A DNA stretch of 63,077 nt, the filler included, from an uncultured bacterium (GTDB lineage: Bacteria > Latescibacterota > UBA2968): the NCBI GenBank assembly GCA_964471275.1. It is 11 parts of 11 records of this genome, joined end to end, with 100 filler letters (N's around TTAATTAATTAA, not from the genome) between each part and the next. Parts side by side here need not be neighbours in the genome. Positions count along the whole stretch, not along the records: positions 5,959 to 11,805 come from CAYYGZ010000268.1; positions 11,906 to 17,725 come from CAYYGZ010000269.1; positions 17,826 to 23,456 come from CAYYGZ010000272.1; 8 more parts are not named here. One strand, 5' to 3'. The notes under the pieces were generated by a model. The model was not told where the DNA came from. It did no database searches and saw only the letters and a list, made by a program, of their open reading frames with translations. This document shows positions 10,999 through 20,302 of the stretch, in pieces (positions within the stretch are counted from its first letter, which is position 1; every line of letters begins with the position of its first letter). The translations under genes and the position numbers were made by a program.

Positions 10999-11026
10999 TT
11001 GACAGGTGGCCGCACCGGCTTAGCTT
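10999..11026 (+). promoter_or_regulatory. Putative sigma70 promoter
   Basis: TTGACA-16 nt-TAGCTT upstream of the leader and the VOC gene. Confidence 0.5.
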
Positions 11027-11165
11027 TTGACACCGATCGATGGTCCCGAGAGGCAGGAACGACCCTCGACGTAATCCTACCTGGTGCGCTGGGCCACCGC
11101 GGAGGTTACTGCGCGTCACCAAAGAGGTGGCGAGCCCCAACCTTGATTCAACAGGAGTGAGATAA

Positions 11166-11537
11166 ATGCCAGCGTATTCTATGAATCACGTTCACCACGA
11201 AGCAGTCGATGTCCACGCCGCTGCCGATTGGTATGTAAAGCTGTTCGACGCCACGGCCGACGAACCATTCGAGAATGGCGGAGCGACGTGGATCCGCGTG
11301 CATATCGGGGATCTTACCGTAACGATCACGGATCGCACGACTACGGGCCCCGATCTGGAGCGGATCCTGGGCTACGATCACCTGGGCATTGATACAGATG
11401 ACTTTGATACCACGCTGGCTCGTATCGAGGCGTTAGGCGTCAACATATGGGCAGGCCCCATGGATGGCGGATCATTCAGAATCGTCTTTATCAGCGGGCC
11501 TGACAACGTCAAGATCGAGCTGATGGAGAAGAAGTAG
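11166..11537 (+). CDS. VOC/glyoxalase family protein
   Basis: NHVH..., DHLGI, GPDNVKIELME metal-ligand pattern; AGGAG RBS. Confidence 0.9.
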   Translation: MPAYSMNHVHHEAVDVHAAADWYVKLFDATADEPFENGGATWIRVHIGDLTVTITDRTTTGPDLERILGYDHLGIDTDDFDTTLARIEALGVNIWAGPMDGGSFRIVFISGPDNVKIELMEKK

Positions 11538-11755
11538 GCCTAGCCAGCAGACGGAGAGACAAGAGCTGTCAACGCGGAGAGCACAGAGGATGACAGGTTT
11601 CCGCCCCGGAGAGGGCGGCGAATCGTTAGCCTGGGGCGGCAGTCCCTAGTCTTCCGTCGAAGTTTGTTGGACGGCGCCGCGGTATGAAAACGATATTTGA
11701 GTCGTTACTCCATCGGCGTCCAGAACTCAAAATATCCATAAGGAATGAGCAGAAA

Positions 11756-11805
11756 ATGAAACTCAAAGATGATGTAGTTGACTATGAATCATTCGGTGCA
11801 AAGGG
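11756..11805 (+). CDS. N-terminus of a probable pectate-lyase-superfamily/beta-helix glycoside hydrolase (truncated)
   Basis: MKLKDDVVDYESFGAKG matches the V..FGAKGDG N-terminal motif; cut by the contig end. Confidence 0.45.
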
Positions 11806-11964
11806 NNNNNNNNNNNNNNNNNNNNNNNNNNNNNNNNNNNNNNNNNNNNTTAATTAATTAANNNNNNNNNNNNNNNNNNNNNNNNNNNNNNNNNNNNNNN
11901 NNNNNGTATCAGCAACCGCATCCTAACTCTGGATGTGGACACATAGATGGGGGCAGGTCACTCG

Positions 11965-12567
11965 TCAGGCACGTCTCTGCGGTGAGATATAAGGCACACC
12001 GAGCGTCGAGTAGAACTCGCCCTCGGATCCAACCGCGATCTCTGAATGATCCGCCGACTTCAAGATGTGCTGCTGAGGTTGGAGATGCAGCATCCGGGCT
12101 TTGGCTCGGAGATCCATCCGGCGAAGATGCCTTGCGCTCCCTGTCGCGATGAGAAGTGCAAGAGCGAAACGGGAAGGTTTGGTGAAATACAGATCGATCG
12201 GGATCTCTTCGAACACGAACCTGGCGTGATCGGGCCCCCAGAACATGATTTCACCTACACGTGACACGATATCCTCACGAAGCCTCGCCCGGGGATTGGA
12301 CTCCGGTGCCATCAAATCATCCGGCGTTCGGGAAACGCACGCGACGACATCGATGTCGTGAACGTATCTCGCACGACGACGAAGACTCCCGGCCAGGCGG
12401 CACAGGGGTTCCTTGTCGGGTGTGCGTAGCACGTGCTTGAGCAGAATCGGCTTGAGCCGACTGGCCACGTGGATTGCTCGCGCTCGCGTGAATGAAACAT
12501 CCACATTGTCCATCACGCCGGGAAGCGAGGTCTGCTGATCTGAAGAGGAATCAGATGGCAAGATCAC
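11965..12567 (-). CDS. Small DNA polymerase X/beta-like nucleotidyltransferase (palm + thumb only)
   Basis: AGSLRR...HDIDVV, third Asp in IPIDL, ATGS, and C-terminal SE..FY..LG.PYI.P..R thumb motif. Confidence 0.8.
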   Translation of the reverse strand: MILPSDSSSDQQTSLPGVMDNVDVSFTRARAIHVASRLKPILLKHVLRTPDKEPLCRLAGSLRRRARYVHDIDVVACVSRTPDDLMAPESNPRARLREDIVSRVGEIMFWGPDHARFVFEEIPIDLYFTKPSRFALALLIATGSARHLRRMDLRAKARMLHLQPQQHILKSADHSEIAVGSEGEFYSTLGVPYISPQRRA

Positions 12568-12647
12568 CTCTCAGGGGATACTCAGGTGTCAGAATAAGCT
12601 TAGCGAAGGGCAGCGTTGCGGTCAATCCCGTGGTGCGCGCGTCTCTT

Positions 12648-14675
12648 CTATCGTGTCTGCCTGAGAAGACGGTCTGCACGTTCAAGATACTTGGGGTCGC
12701 CTCGCCACGCGGCCTTGAACTCGAGTAGCGATACACCAGCAGAATCTCTCTGCCCGCGCTTCAGGAACACGCCCCCCATCTTCAGACGGCTATACGTGCC
12801 GGCTTCCGAACCGGCCTGCCACGATTCCCGGTATGCATCCAATGCACCCGCAAGTTCACCCGACCGCTCGAGTTCCGTCGCCAGATTGTAGTGGGCCCGG
12901 AGAGCACCCGAGTTAGCCGAAAGCACGTCACGATAGACCCGGATCGCGTCGCGAATCCTGCCGGCCTGTTGGTACAGCAGGGCAAGATTGATCGCGGCAT
13001 CTTCATACCCGGGCAGGGAAAGCAGAGCATTCTGATACGCCTGTATCGCTGCCTTCGTGTCACGCTTCTCCTGAGCCAGTGCAAGATTGTAGAAAATGTC
13101 CGCACGAGCCGGGGAGAGAAGAGCGGCCCGTTCAAGAGATGCGACGGCAGCATCCGCACGCCCCTCGCGAGCAAGCAGTATTCCCCGATTACAGAGAGCG
13201 TTCACGTGATCCGGTTCGTGCTCGAGTACCTTCGCATAGGCTTCAAGCGCCGTCGGATACGCCTTCTGATCCTGGTAGATCACGCCTCGATTGTAGTGTA
13301 CCTCCGAGTATGCCGGATAGATCGAGAGCGCGCGGCCGTATGCGTCCAGCGCACCTGACGCGTTTCCCTCATCGCGTATCGCGTTACCCAGATTAAAATA
13401 GGCCTTTGCACTGTTGGGAGACGCTTCCGCTGCTGCCGCAAACAGGGCAAAGTCGTTTCGCCAATCCGTATTCCGAGCAATAGTACGCCCGCCCAGCAGG
13501 ATGATGACTGCCGCACCGACCACCCAGACCGGAATGATCCGAACTCTGTCCCTCAGATACGAGTAGAGCGCAGCTGTCAAGAAGCTGACACCAACCATCG
13601 GCAGATATACGAGCCGCTCGTTCATCGGTGTCCCGATCGGAAAGGCGATGTTGGAGATCGGGAGCCACGCTAGGACAATGACGACACTGGCCAGACCGAA
13701 CAGGGCGTCGACCTGCCCGACCACCGACCGGTGAATCAACATCTGGAAACCTGCCAGCAGGATCACACCGGTGACAACGAAGCCATCCAGTAGAGTGGTG
13801 ACAGTCTGTATCTGCTGGTAGGAGTAATCGACCGACAGGCTCTGAGGCGCAATCACAAGACTGAGATACCTTGGCAGCAGGGCCAGACCTGTCAGGATGC
13901 GGCTGAGTGCATCCACGTGCGCAAGAGGATTGTCCACGACGCTCGGCAGGCTCGGCAGCATAACCGACCCGACGATCAGCGCACGCAGACCGAGTGCGCC
14001 ACAGCCCACGACTGCAAACCCGACATACTGCTGCCATCGTCCGAACAGATCAGCAAGTCTCTCTCCCGGGGTGCCATCACGAAACAGCACATCTTCCGCC
14101 ACAAGGAACGAAGGAAAGACCAGCGCGTGTTCCTTGGACAGACACGCCAAGGCATAGGCCATCAGCGAAGCGACCCGCCACAGAAGACCTTCATCCTTGC
14201 GGTGATGCGCATACCACGCCAGAAGCACGAACAACCCGGCCAGCAGCTCGGCGCGACCGACGATCGCGTTCACGGCTTCCGTGTTGATCGGATGCACAGA
14301 GAAGACCAGGGCCGCAGCCAGTGCAGGGCCGTACCCGCAGAATCGCCTTGCCACGAGGTAGAGTGACCAGGCGACCAGTGCGTGCAACAGGACGTTGACG
14401 ACACGGAAACCGAAGGGATCCTCACCCAGTATCCATCGGTTGATGGCGAAACTGGATAGCGTAACGGGTCGATAAAGACCGAGCTCAGGCTGGCCCGGCC
14501 AGAAAGGTGAGGTTATGATCGAGCGAAGGTCTCCCTTAGCCAGAACAGGATTGTCCTCGATGATCGGGTGATCATCGAATGTGTAAGCATTGTTTAGACT
14601 ATTGAAATAGATGAGGCAGGTAACCGCAACGACCGCCAGGAGAGCGGTCAGCGATCGTTGTTGGCTCAAAGACAT
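12648..14675 (-). CDS. TMTC-like GT-C membrane glycosyltransferase with C-terminal TPR repeats
   Basis: FDD..I..NP, YRP, HP..TEAV..IVGR.ELL, LSKE and ER..YLP motifs, many TM segments, about 8 TPRs. Start placed at ATG 14675. Confidence 0.85.
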   Translation of the reverse strand: MSLSQQRSLTALLAVVAVTCLIYFNSLNNAYTFDDHPIIEDNPVLAKGDLRSIITSPFWPGQPELGLYRPVTLSSFAINRWILGEDPFGFRVVNVLLHALVAWSLYLVARRFCGYGPALAAALVFSVHPINTEAVNAIVGRAELLAGLFVLLAWYAHHRKDEGLLWRVASLMAYALACLSKEHALVFPSFLVAEDVLFRDGTPGERLADLFGRWQQYVGFAVVGCGALGLRALIVGSVMLPSLPSVVDNPLAHVDALSRILTGLALLPRYLSLVIAPQSLSVDYSYQQIQTVTTLLDGFVVTGVILLAGFQMLIHRSVVGQVDALFGLASVVIVLAWLPISNIAFPIGTPMNERLVYLPMVGVSFLTAALYSYLRDRVRIIPVWVVGAAVIILLGGRTIARNTDWRNDFALFAAAAEASPNSAKAYFNLGNAIRDEGNASGALDAYGRALSIYPAYSEVHYNRGVIYQDQKAYPTALEAYAKVLEHEPDHVNALCNRGILLAREGRADAAVASLERAALLSPARADIFYNLALAQEKRDTKAAIQAYQNALLSLPGYEDAAINLALLYQQAGRIRDAIRVYRDVLSANSGALRAHYNLATELERSGELAGALDAYRESWQAGSEAGTYSRLKMGGVFLKRGQRDSAGVSLLEFKAAWRGDPKYLERADRLLRQTR

Positions 14676-14682
14676 CCCGCGG

Positions 14683-15420
14683 CTAACGACGCCAGAAGGG
14701 GCTGGAAACGTCGGAGAAGACCACACGACCAAAATCTGCTGGAGCGTGGAACTGGGGTGCAGGTGTCGTACTCGCACACCACTGGCTGTACTGAACGTTT
14801 GTCTTTCCGCCAAGTCGATTGAGGTTCAGATGCCACGTGTCTCCGGGCTTGGGTGGGGCATTCCTGGCGACGTGGGCGAAGTTCCGGAACGGCAGCGCCA
14901 CTTCCAGGATCCAGTAGTCGTCCTCATCGGAATCGTTGTTCAGCGTCCCGGAAATCGACGTCGCGATTTGAATCCCTTCGCCATTCCACTCTTCCTTCAC
15001 CGGTACACCGGGCCCATCCGGGTGGAACTGATCGAGGAAGATACCCAGCACGTTCATCTCGATGTTGAAGTACGACAAGGGCCGGTCCGGATTCGGCGCA
15101 GTAAAGACCTCGACGGTATCATCGTTCCACACAGCCGAGTCTCGCTCGGTGTGCTCTGCCCAGATGTGCGCGTCTTCACACAGGAATCCGACATACAGAT
15201 TCTCATCATCCCAAAGCACCTTGGCAACCGTCTGCTCCTGCTTCCCCGCTTCGTACCACGGAAACACAAAGGCTCCCACATCCGGAGCCGCGAGCCAGGT
15301 CGGCTCGTCGAGCCGACCGTCGACAGTAATCGGTGTTCCTGCACGATAGACTGTGTATTCGTTAGCCAAATCAAACCCGTAGACAAAGGTAGGAAGTGTA
15401 ATCAGAAGAAAGAACATCAT
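14683..15420 (-). CDS. Carbohydrate-binding family 9-like (CBM9/DOMON-like) secreted protein
   Basis: Signal peptide; ITVDGRLDEPTW, LWDDENLYV, DD.VEVF, W.LEVALPF. Confidence 0.85.
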   Translation of the reverse strand: MMFFLLITLPTFVYGFDLANEYTVYRAGTPITVDGRLDEPTWLAAPDVGAFVFPWYEAGKQEQTVAKVLWDDENLYVGFLCEDAHIWAEHTERDSAVWNDDTVEVFTAPNPDRPLSYFNIEMNVLGIFLDQFHPDGPGVPVKEEWNGEGIQIATSISGTLNNDSDEDDYWILEVALPFRNFAHVARNAPPKPGDTWHLNLNRLGGKTNVQYSQWCASTTPAPQFHAPADFGRVVFSDVSSPFWRR

Positions 15421-15518
15421 TTACCCAAAAAAAATCCGTGAGGCCTGACCCCGACTGTTCCCCATCTCCCCTGCGCCCTCTGCGCCAAGGCTCTACCCCC
15501 TCCAGGTTGACCTTAACG

Positions 15519-16901
15519 CTACTCCTCGAGGTAAACGGACTCGTGTCCCGCGGGCCAGGGATAGCTGTAGTGTTCGCTCGCGCCCTCGTTTCCCGGCTGC
15601 TGCAGAATATCCTCCAGCGTGGCATAGGCCTGCTTGTAGGATTGTGTCTGCCCGTTGTTGAGCGCATTCCAGAGCAGCATGCTCTTGTCACCCGTCCGGA
15701 AGGCTTCCAGACCGTGTTCCATCTGCAGCACCATCGGAAGCAGCTGTTCGAGCATAATCTTCCTGGGCAGCTTGCCGACCTGTATCGGCTGGATTCCCTT
15801 CTGATTGATGAGCGCCGGAACCTCGACGACTACATCATCGTCGATCCCGTCGATTGCGCCGTTGTTCGGGACGTTCACCTGGAACTGGCCCTCAATGTTG
15901 TTCGTCAGCGCGTCGATGATCGGCACCTGCTGCTCGCGCGTTTTCGTGCTACCAAACAGCTCTGTCATCTTGACGGCGGGATCCTGGCTTGCCTCCCGAA
16001 TCTGGGTCAGACGCTTCTCGAGGTTCTCAACGTGAACCGGGCGGGCAATATGTGTATCGGGTCCACCAAAGGGTTCGCCAAACCACCACTTCTTCGTTTC
16101 GATGTCGGTGTGATACCACCAGTTTCCGAGACGCGGGGAGTCCCCGATCGGGAACAGGCCATACAGGCGATACTGGTGGACGGCGCCTCGGGACAGCTGG
16201 ATGTCATGTGTCCGGTCGGCTAGATGCGACTTCCAGTAGGCTTCACCCTCATCCTCGATCCATCTATCGATCTGTGTGTAGGCGTCTTCACCATCGAACA
16301 GAAAGTGCGTCATCCAGATGCAGTGGTTGACTCCCGGTGCTTGAAAATCGATCCGATCGAGGTCCAGCCCGAGCGTCTTCGCGATGTGATGGAAACCGTA
16401 GTGTCCGTGACAGAGTCCGCACACCTTGATCTCCGTCTCGCGTGTCATCAGGGTACATCCGTCGAACACGGGGTTACCCGATTGGATCAGCCACGCATCC
16501 GGACAAATCCGCTCCATATCGTGAGCCACATCCAGCATCAGGTTGAAATTGTAGTAGCTGCCGAGCCCTGGCCCTCTGTAGTAGTATCCGTGCTTTGCGT
16601 AGACCTCACGCATGTCTACCTGGTGGTAGTGGCTTTGCGCGGAAGCCGTGTTGATCACGAAGTCCGCATCCTTCAGGGAATCTGCCCGAGAGGTCGTTTG
16701 GTCGAACGTCAGGTCAGACCCGATCTCGGCGGTGTATCGCTCCGCCATCTTTGTCACGGCTTCGAGTCTCTCCGCATCGATATCCATGAAGGACACCTGA
16801 CTGCTGTTCAGGTTCTCCGTGAGACACAGGTCTTTAACAAGACCCAGCGAGAAGGTCGCACTTCCGGCGCCAATGACGCTGATTCGTACAGGCTTCGGCA
16901 T
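15519..16901 (-). CDS. Family 4 glycoside hydrolase (NAD+/Mn2+-dependent alpha-glucosidase/galactosidase/glucuronidase)
   Basis: ISVIGAGS Rossmann motif, NP, GLCHGH, GVNH, VNVPNNG..DG..DDVVVEVP. Confidence 0.93.
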   Translation of the reverse strand: MPKPVRISVIGAGSATFSLGLVKDLCLTENLNSSQVSFMDIDAERLEAVTKMAERYTAEIGSDLTFDQTTSRADSLKDADFVINTASAQSHYHQVDMREVYAKHGYYYRGPGLGSYYNFNLMLDVAHDMERICPDAWLIQSGNPVFDGCTLMTRETEIKVCGLCHGHYGFHHIAKTLGLDLDRIDFQAPGVNHCIWMTHFLFDGEDAYTQIDRWIEDEGEAYWKSHLADRTHDIQLSRGAVHQYRLYGLFPIGDSPRLGNWWYHTDIETKKWWFGEPFGGPDTHIARPVHVENLEKRLTQIREASQDPAVKMTELFGSTKTREQQVPIIDALTNNIEGQFQVNVPNNGAIDGIDDDVVVEVPALINQKGIQPIQVGKLPRKIMLEQLLPMVLQMEHGLEAFRTGDKSMLLWNALNNGQTQSYKQAYATLEDILQQPGNEGASEHYSYPWPAGHESVYLEE

Positions 16902-17023
16902 AGGGATTATACACTCCGGCTAAGGCGGCGCTGCCATGGAACAATTGTACGCTTCTATCGACTGGAAGCGCACGCAAGACGAGTCGATGCGTGAACGCGG
17001 CACTCCCAGGCACGGGACGAGTT

Positions 17024-17725
17024 CTATAGTGTCTCGCAGAGCTTCCTGAGGTAGGCGGCATCGGCCTTAAGGGCCGACTGCGGGGCATCCTCTTTGACAA
17101 ATTCGACCTCCAGATAGCCGTCAAAACCGACGGCGCGGAGGATCCCGATCACGGTGCTGTAGTCGACAAGCCCCTCCGACACCAGCGATCGTGTGTTCTT
17201 CCCGACCTGAACATAGTTCTGTGCGTGCACTGTCGAAACAAAGGGCGCAATTTTCTGGGCCGCATCCAGTGTTTGCTCAGGCGTATCGGAGAACATGGGC
17301 TGAAAGTTCATCCTAAAGTTTCCTCGCTCTACTCCTTCGATCAGTCGCATGCAGCCTTCGGCCGTGTCGGAGAGCCTGTTATTGTGCATCTCCACGACGA
17401 TCTCAATGTTCTCGTCGGCCGCACGGTCGCAGAACGTCGTGAAACCTGAGATCGCCAGCGCAAACTGATCGTCAGTCGCTTCAGCCGAGCCACAGCTTCC
17501 CACCCACGCGCGAATCTTGTCGGTCTGATACAGTTTTGCCGCGGTGATCGACTCCGACATCTGCTGATCGAATGCGTCGTCCGTCGGGTTCGCATACGAA
17601 CCGTATTGTGCGACCTCGAGGCCGCGAGACTGAATGCTGCCCGCCATCCGTTTCACGAAATCGGCATCGAACGGTTCGGGGGTGTGATCCGGTTTACCCC
17701 AGGGCTCGACACCGTCAAACCCGGC
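17024..17725 (-). CDS. Sugar phosphate isomerase/epimerase (5' truncated)
   Basis: VEMH, VH.QN, EG.VDY, GFDGYLEVEF. Confidence 0.8.
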   Translation of the reverse strand, partial: AGFDGVEPWGKPDHTPEPFDADFVKRMAGSIQSRGLEVAQYGSYANPTDDAFDQQMSESITAAKLYQTDKIRAWVGSCGSAEATDDQFALAISGFTTFCDRAADENIEIVVEMHNNRLSDTAEGCMRLIEGVERGNFRMNFQPMFSDTPEQTLDAAQKIAPFVSTVHAQNYVQVGKNTRSLVSEGLVDYSTVIGILRAVGFDGYLEVEFVKEDAPQSALKADAAYLRKLCETL

Positions 17726-17838
17726 NNNNNNNNNNNNNNNNNNNNNNNNNNNNNNNNNNNNNNNNNNNNTTAATTAATTAANNNNNNNNNNNNNNNNNNN
17801 NNNNNNNNNNNNNNNNNNNNNNNNNTTCCGAGGCAAGA

Positions 17839-18612
17839 TTGCAGCGAATCTTCAGGGCCATTGGAGCCAAGATCATCCGGTTCCTGACGCAGACCTACGC
17901 CATGAGCACCTACATGGCGAAAACCATCCTACAATTGCGGTATGCGTATTTCTACCGCAAGCAGATCATTGATCAGTGCTGCACGATCGGTGTCGGGTCC
18001 TTCCCGCTGGTCTGCCTCGTCTCCGCGTTCAGCGGTATGGCGGTGTCCATCCAGATGGCCTATCAGATGGAAGTCTACGTACCTGATTACATGGTCGGGA
18101 GTATCGTGGTGCGTTCGGTCGTTCTCGAGCTCGCCCCGGTCCTGATGGGGCTGGTCCTTGCGGGTCGGGTGGGCGCCGGGATCGCATCGGAGGTCGGCAC
18201 GATGAAGGTGTCCGAGCAGGTCGACGCACTGACTTCGATGGCTGTGGATCCGGTCGGTTACCTGATGATGCCGCGCTTTGTGGCAGGTTTGATCATGATC
18301 CCGATGCTTGTCGCATATTCCTGCCTGCTCTCCATCAGCGCGGGATTCGTGATGTCGATACTCAAGATGGATATCAGTGTCTACAACTTTGTGAAGGGGA
18401 TGAAGATGGACTTCATGCCATACGATGTGGTTGTCGGGATGACGAAATCAGTCGTCTACGGTGGGGCAATCACGTTTGTCGGCAGCTTTGTCGGGTTGTC
18501 GGCGGAAGGTGGTGCACAGGGCGTGGGCAGAGCCGCCACTGCCGCGTGCGTGATCTCTTCCGCTTTGATCCTGATCCTCGACTATTTCCTCACACACACG
18601 ATGTTGACCTAG
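17839..18612 (+). CDS. mlaE: MCE-system ABC permease MlaE
   Basis: ELAPVL.GLVLAGRVGA.IASE.GTMKVSEQVDAL..MAVDP, GGAQGVG.A.T. Confidence 0.95.
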   Translation: MQRIFRAIGAKIIRFLTQTYAMSTYMAKTILQLRYAYFYRKQIIDQCCTIGVGSFPLVCLVSAFSGMAVSIQMAYQMEVYVPDYMVGSIVVRSVVLELAPVLMGLVLAGRVGAGIASEVGTMKVSEQVDALTSMAVDPVGYLMMPRFVAGLIMIPMLVAYSCLLSISAGFVMSILKMDISVYNFVKGMKMDFMPYDVVVGMTKSVVYGGAITFVGSFVGLSAEGGAQGVGRAATAACVISSALILILDYFLTHTMLT

Positions 18613-18624
18613 GCTGTCTGACGA

Positions 18625-19380
18625 ATGGCGGCAGAAGAGACGGCGATCGCGTTCAGCGACGTATACAAGCATTTTGATGATAACGATGTCCTCAACGGAC
18701 TGACGTTCAATATCCCGTGGAAGCGCGTTACCACGATCCTCGGTCCGAGCGGGTGCGGCAAGAGCGTGACGCTCAAGCATATCATCGGCATTCTCAAGGC
18801 TGACTCAGGACACATCGTTGTGGATGGTCACGATATGTCGACCATCAAGGGAGGAGAACTCCTTAACCTGCGTAAACGGGTGGGTGTTCTGTTCCAGTCC
18901 GCGGCCCTGTTCGATTCGATGACCGTCTACGAGAACGTCGCCTTCGGCCTCCGAATGCACACAAAGTCCGTGGAGGATGTGATTCGGGACCGCGTTGCCG
19001 TCTGTCTCGAGGAGGTGGAGATGTCGGGTTCCGAGCAAACGATGCCCGTCGATCTCTCTGGAGGGATGAGGAAACGCGTTGCGCTGGCCCGTGCGATCGC
19101 GCTCGAGCCAGACTTTATTCTGTATGATGAACCGACGACCGGTCTGGATCCACGGACGTCGAACGTCGTAGGTGACCTGATCCTGAAGCTGCAGGAACAT
19201 CTGGACATTACGTCGATCGTTGTCACACACGATATCCCGCTTACGATGCGAATATCTGACAAGATCGCGCTGATCGACCGAGGCATTGTTGCTGCCTCGG
19301 GAACATGCGAGGAGGTCGAAAAGAGCCCGACCTTCCAGAAATTCGTCGAAGGGGAGTTAGGGACAGAAGATGAAGCGTGA
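18625..19380 (+). CDS. mlaF: MCE-system ABC ATPase MlaF
   Basis: GPSGCGKS, FQSAALFDS, LSGGMRKR, LYDEPTTGLDP. Confidence 0.95.
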   Translation: MAAEETAIAFSDVYKHFDDNDVLNGLTFNIPWKRVTTILGPSGCGKSVTLKHIIGILKADSGHIVVDGHDMSTIKGGELLNLRKRVGVLFQSAALFDSMTVYENVAFGLRMHTKSVEDVIRDRVAVCLEEVEMSGSEQTMPVDLSGGMRKRVALARAIALEPDFILYDEPTTGLDPRTSNVVGDLILKLQEHLDITSIVVTHDIPLTMRISDKIALIDRGIVAASGTCEEVEKSPTFQKFVEGELGTEDEA

Positions 19381-20281
19381 AAAGGAAGCCATCCTCGGGG
19401 CAATCGTTTTCCTCGGAATTGTAATCCTGGTCGCCGGCGCGACCTGGCTGTCCGAGAACTACTGGGGGCCAGCAGGCGGATACAAGATCTACACAACCTT
19501 TGAATCCGTGATGGGGCTGAAGAAGGGGAACGAGGTCGCACTCCGCGGCGTGAAAGTCGGTAAAGTGCTGGAGATCCAGATGGAGCAAGGCCGGCCGATG
19601 GTTCTGGTCGGTTTTCGAACGCTTCGCGACATCCCTCGGGACAGCAAGATCATCCTGCGCAGCGTCGGTATGCTGGGTGAGCGAATCATCGAGGTCCGGC
19701 TGGGATCTTCCACCGAGACTTTTAGGGATGGTGATCTGGCAGTCGGTTCATCGGAGCAGGGCATGGATGACATGACCGCAGACGCGGCCGACATGACGAA
19801 CCGTGTCAAGGCGGTCGTCGACAGCATGACCAGCCCGGAGAACATCTCGCGCATGACGAGCAGTCTCCGCAATGTGGACGCGACGACGGAAACGCTGAGG
19901 AAGCTCCTCGAGGACAACGAGACAAAGCTCGCTTCGACTATCAAGAACCTGTCATCTGCTTCGGCGAACGCCAGCGGCCTGATGGATGACAATCGGGCTA
20001 AGCTGGATCGTTCGATCACGAACCTGGACGAAGCTACGACGAGGCTGGCGAAGGCCGCGTCGAGCGTCGAGAAGGCCACTACTTCTTTTGAGGCGACGAT
20101 GAGCAATCTCGAGTCGATCACGAACAAGATCAACACAGGTGAGGGGACGCTCGGCCGACTGGTCAACGACCCCGCTGCCTATGAGGGCATGACGCGATCG
20201 ATTGCCGGCGTAGACAGCCTGGTAGAGGCGATCAAGCAGGATCCGAGGCGGTTCCTAAATTATAAGTTTACCATCTTCTAA
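19370..20281 (+). CDS. mlaD: MlaD/MCE family substrate-binding protein
   Basis: N-terminal TM, GLK.G..V..RGVKVGKV, GMLGE, helical C-terminus with GEGTLGRLVND. Confidence 0.93.
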   Translation: MKREKEAILGAIVFLGIVILVAGATWLSENYWGPAGGYKIYTTFESVMGLKKGNEVALRGVKVGKVLEIQMEQGRPMVLVGFRTLRDIPRDSKIILRSVGMLGERIIEVRLGSSTETFRDGDLAVGSSEQGMDDMTADAADMTNRVKAVVDSMTSPENISRMTSSLRNVDATTETLRKLLEDNETKLASTIKNLSSASANASGLMDDNRAKLDRSITNLDEATTRLAKAASSVEKATTSFEATMSNLESITNKINTGEGTLGRLVNDPAAYEGMTRSIAGVDSLVEAIKQDPRRFLNYKFTIF

Positions 20282-20302
20282 ACACTCGAAAGGGCTTGGC
20301 CC

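Noticed and set aside
11040..11138. HDV-like ribozyme (ATGGTCCC ... TGGCGA similarity)
   Set aside because: Could not build the P1/P3/L3 (CC.CG) nested double pseudoknot; kept only as an unassigned structured leader.
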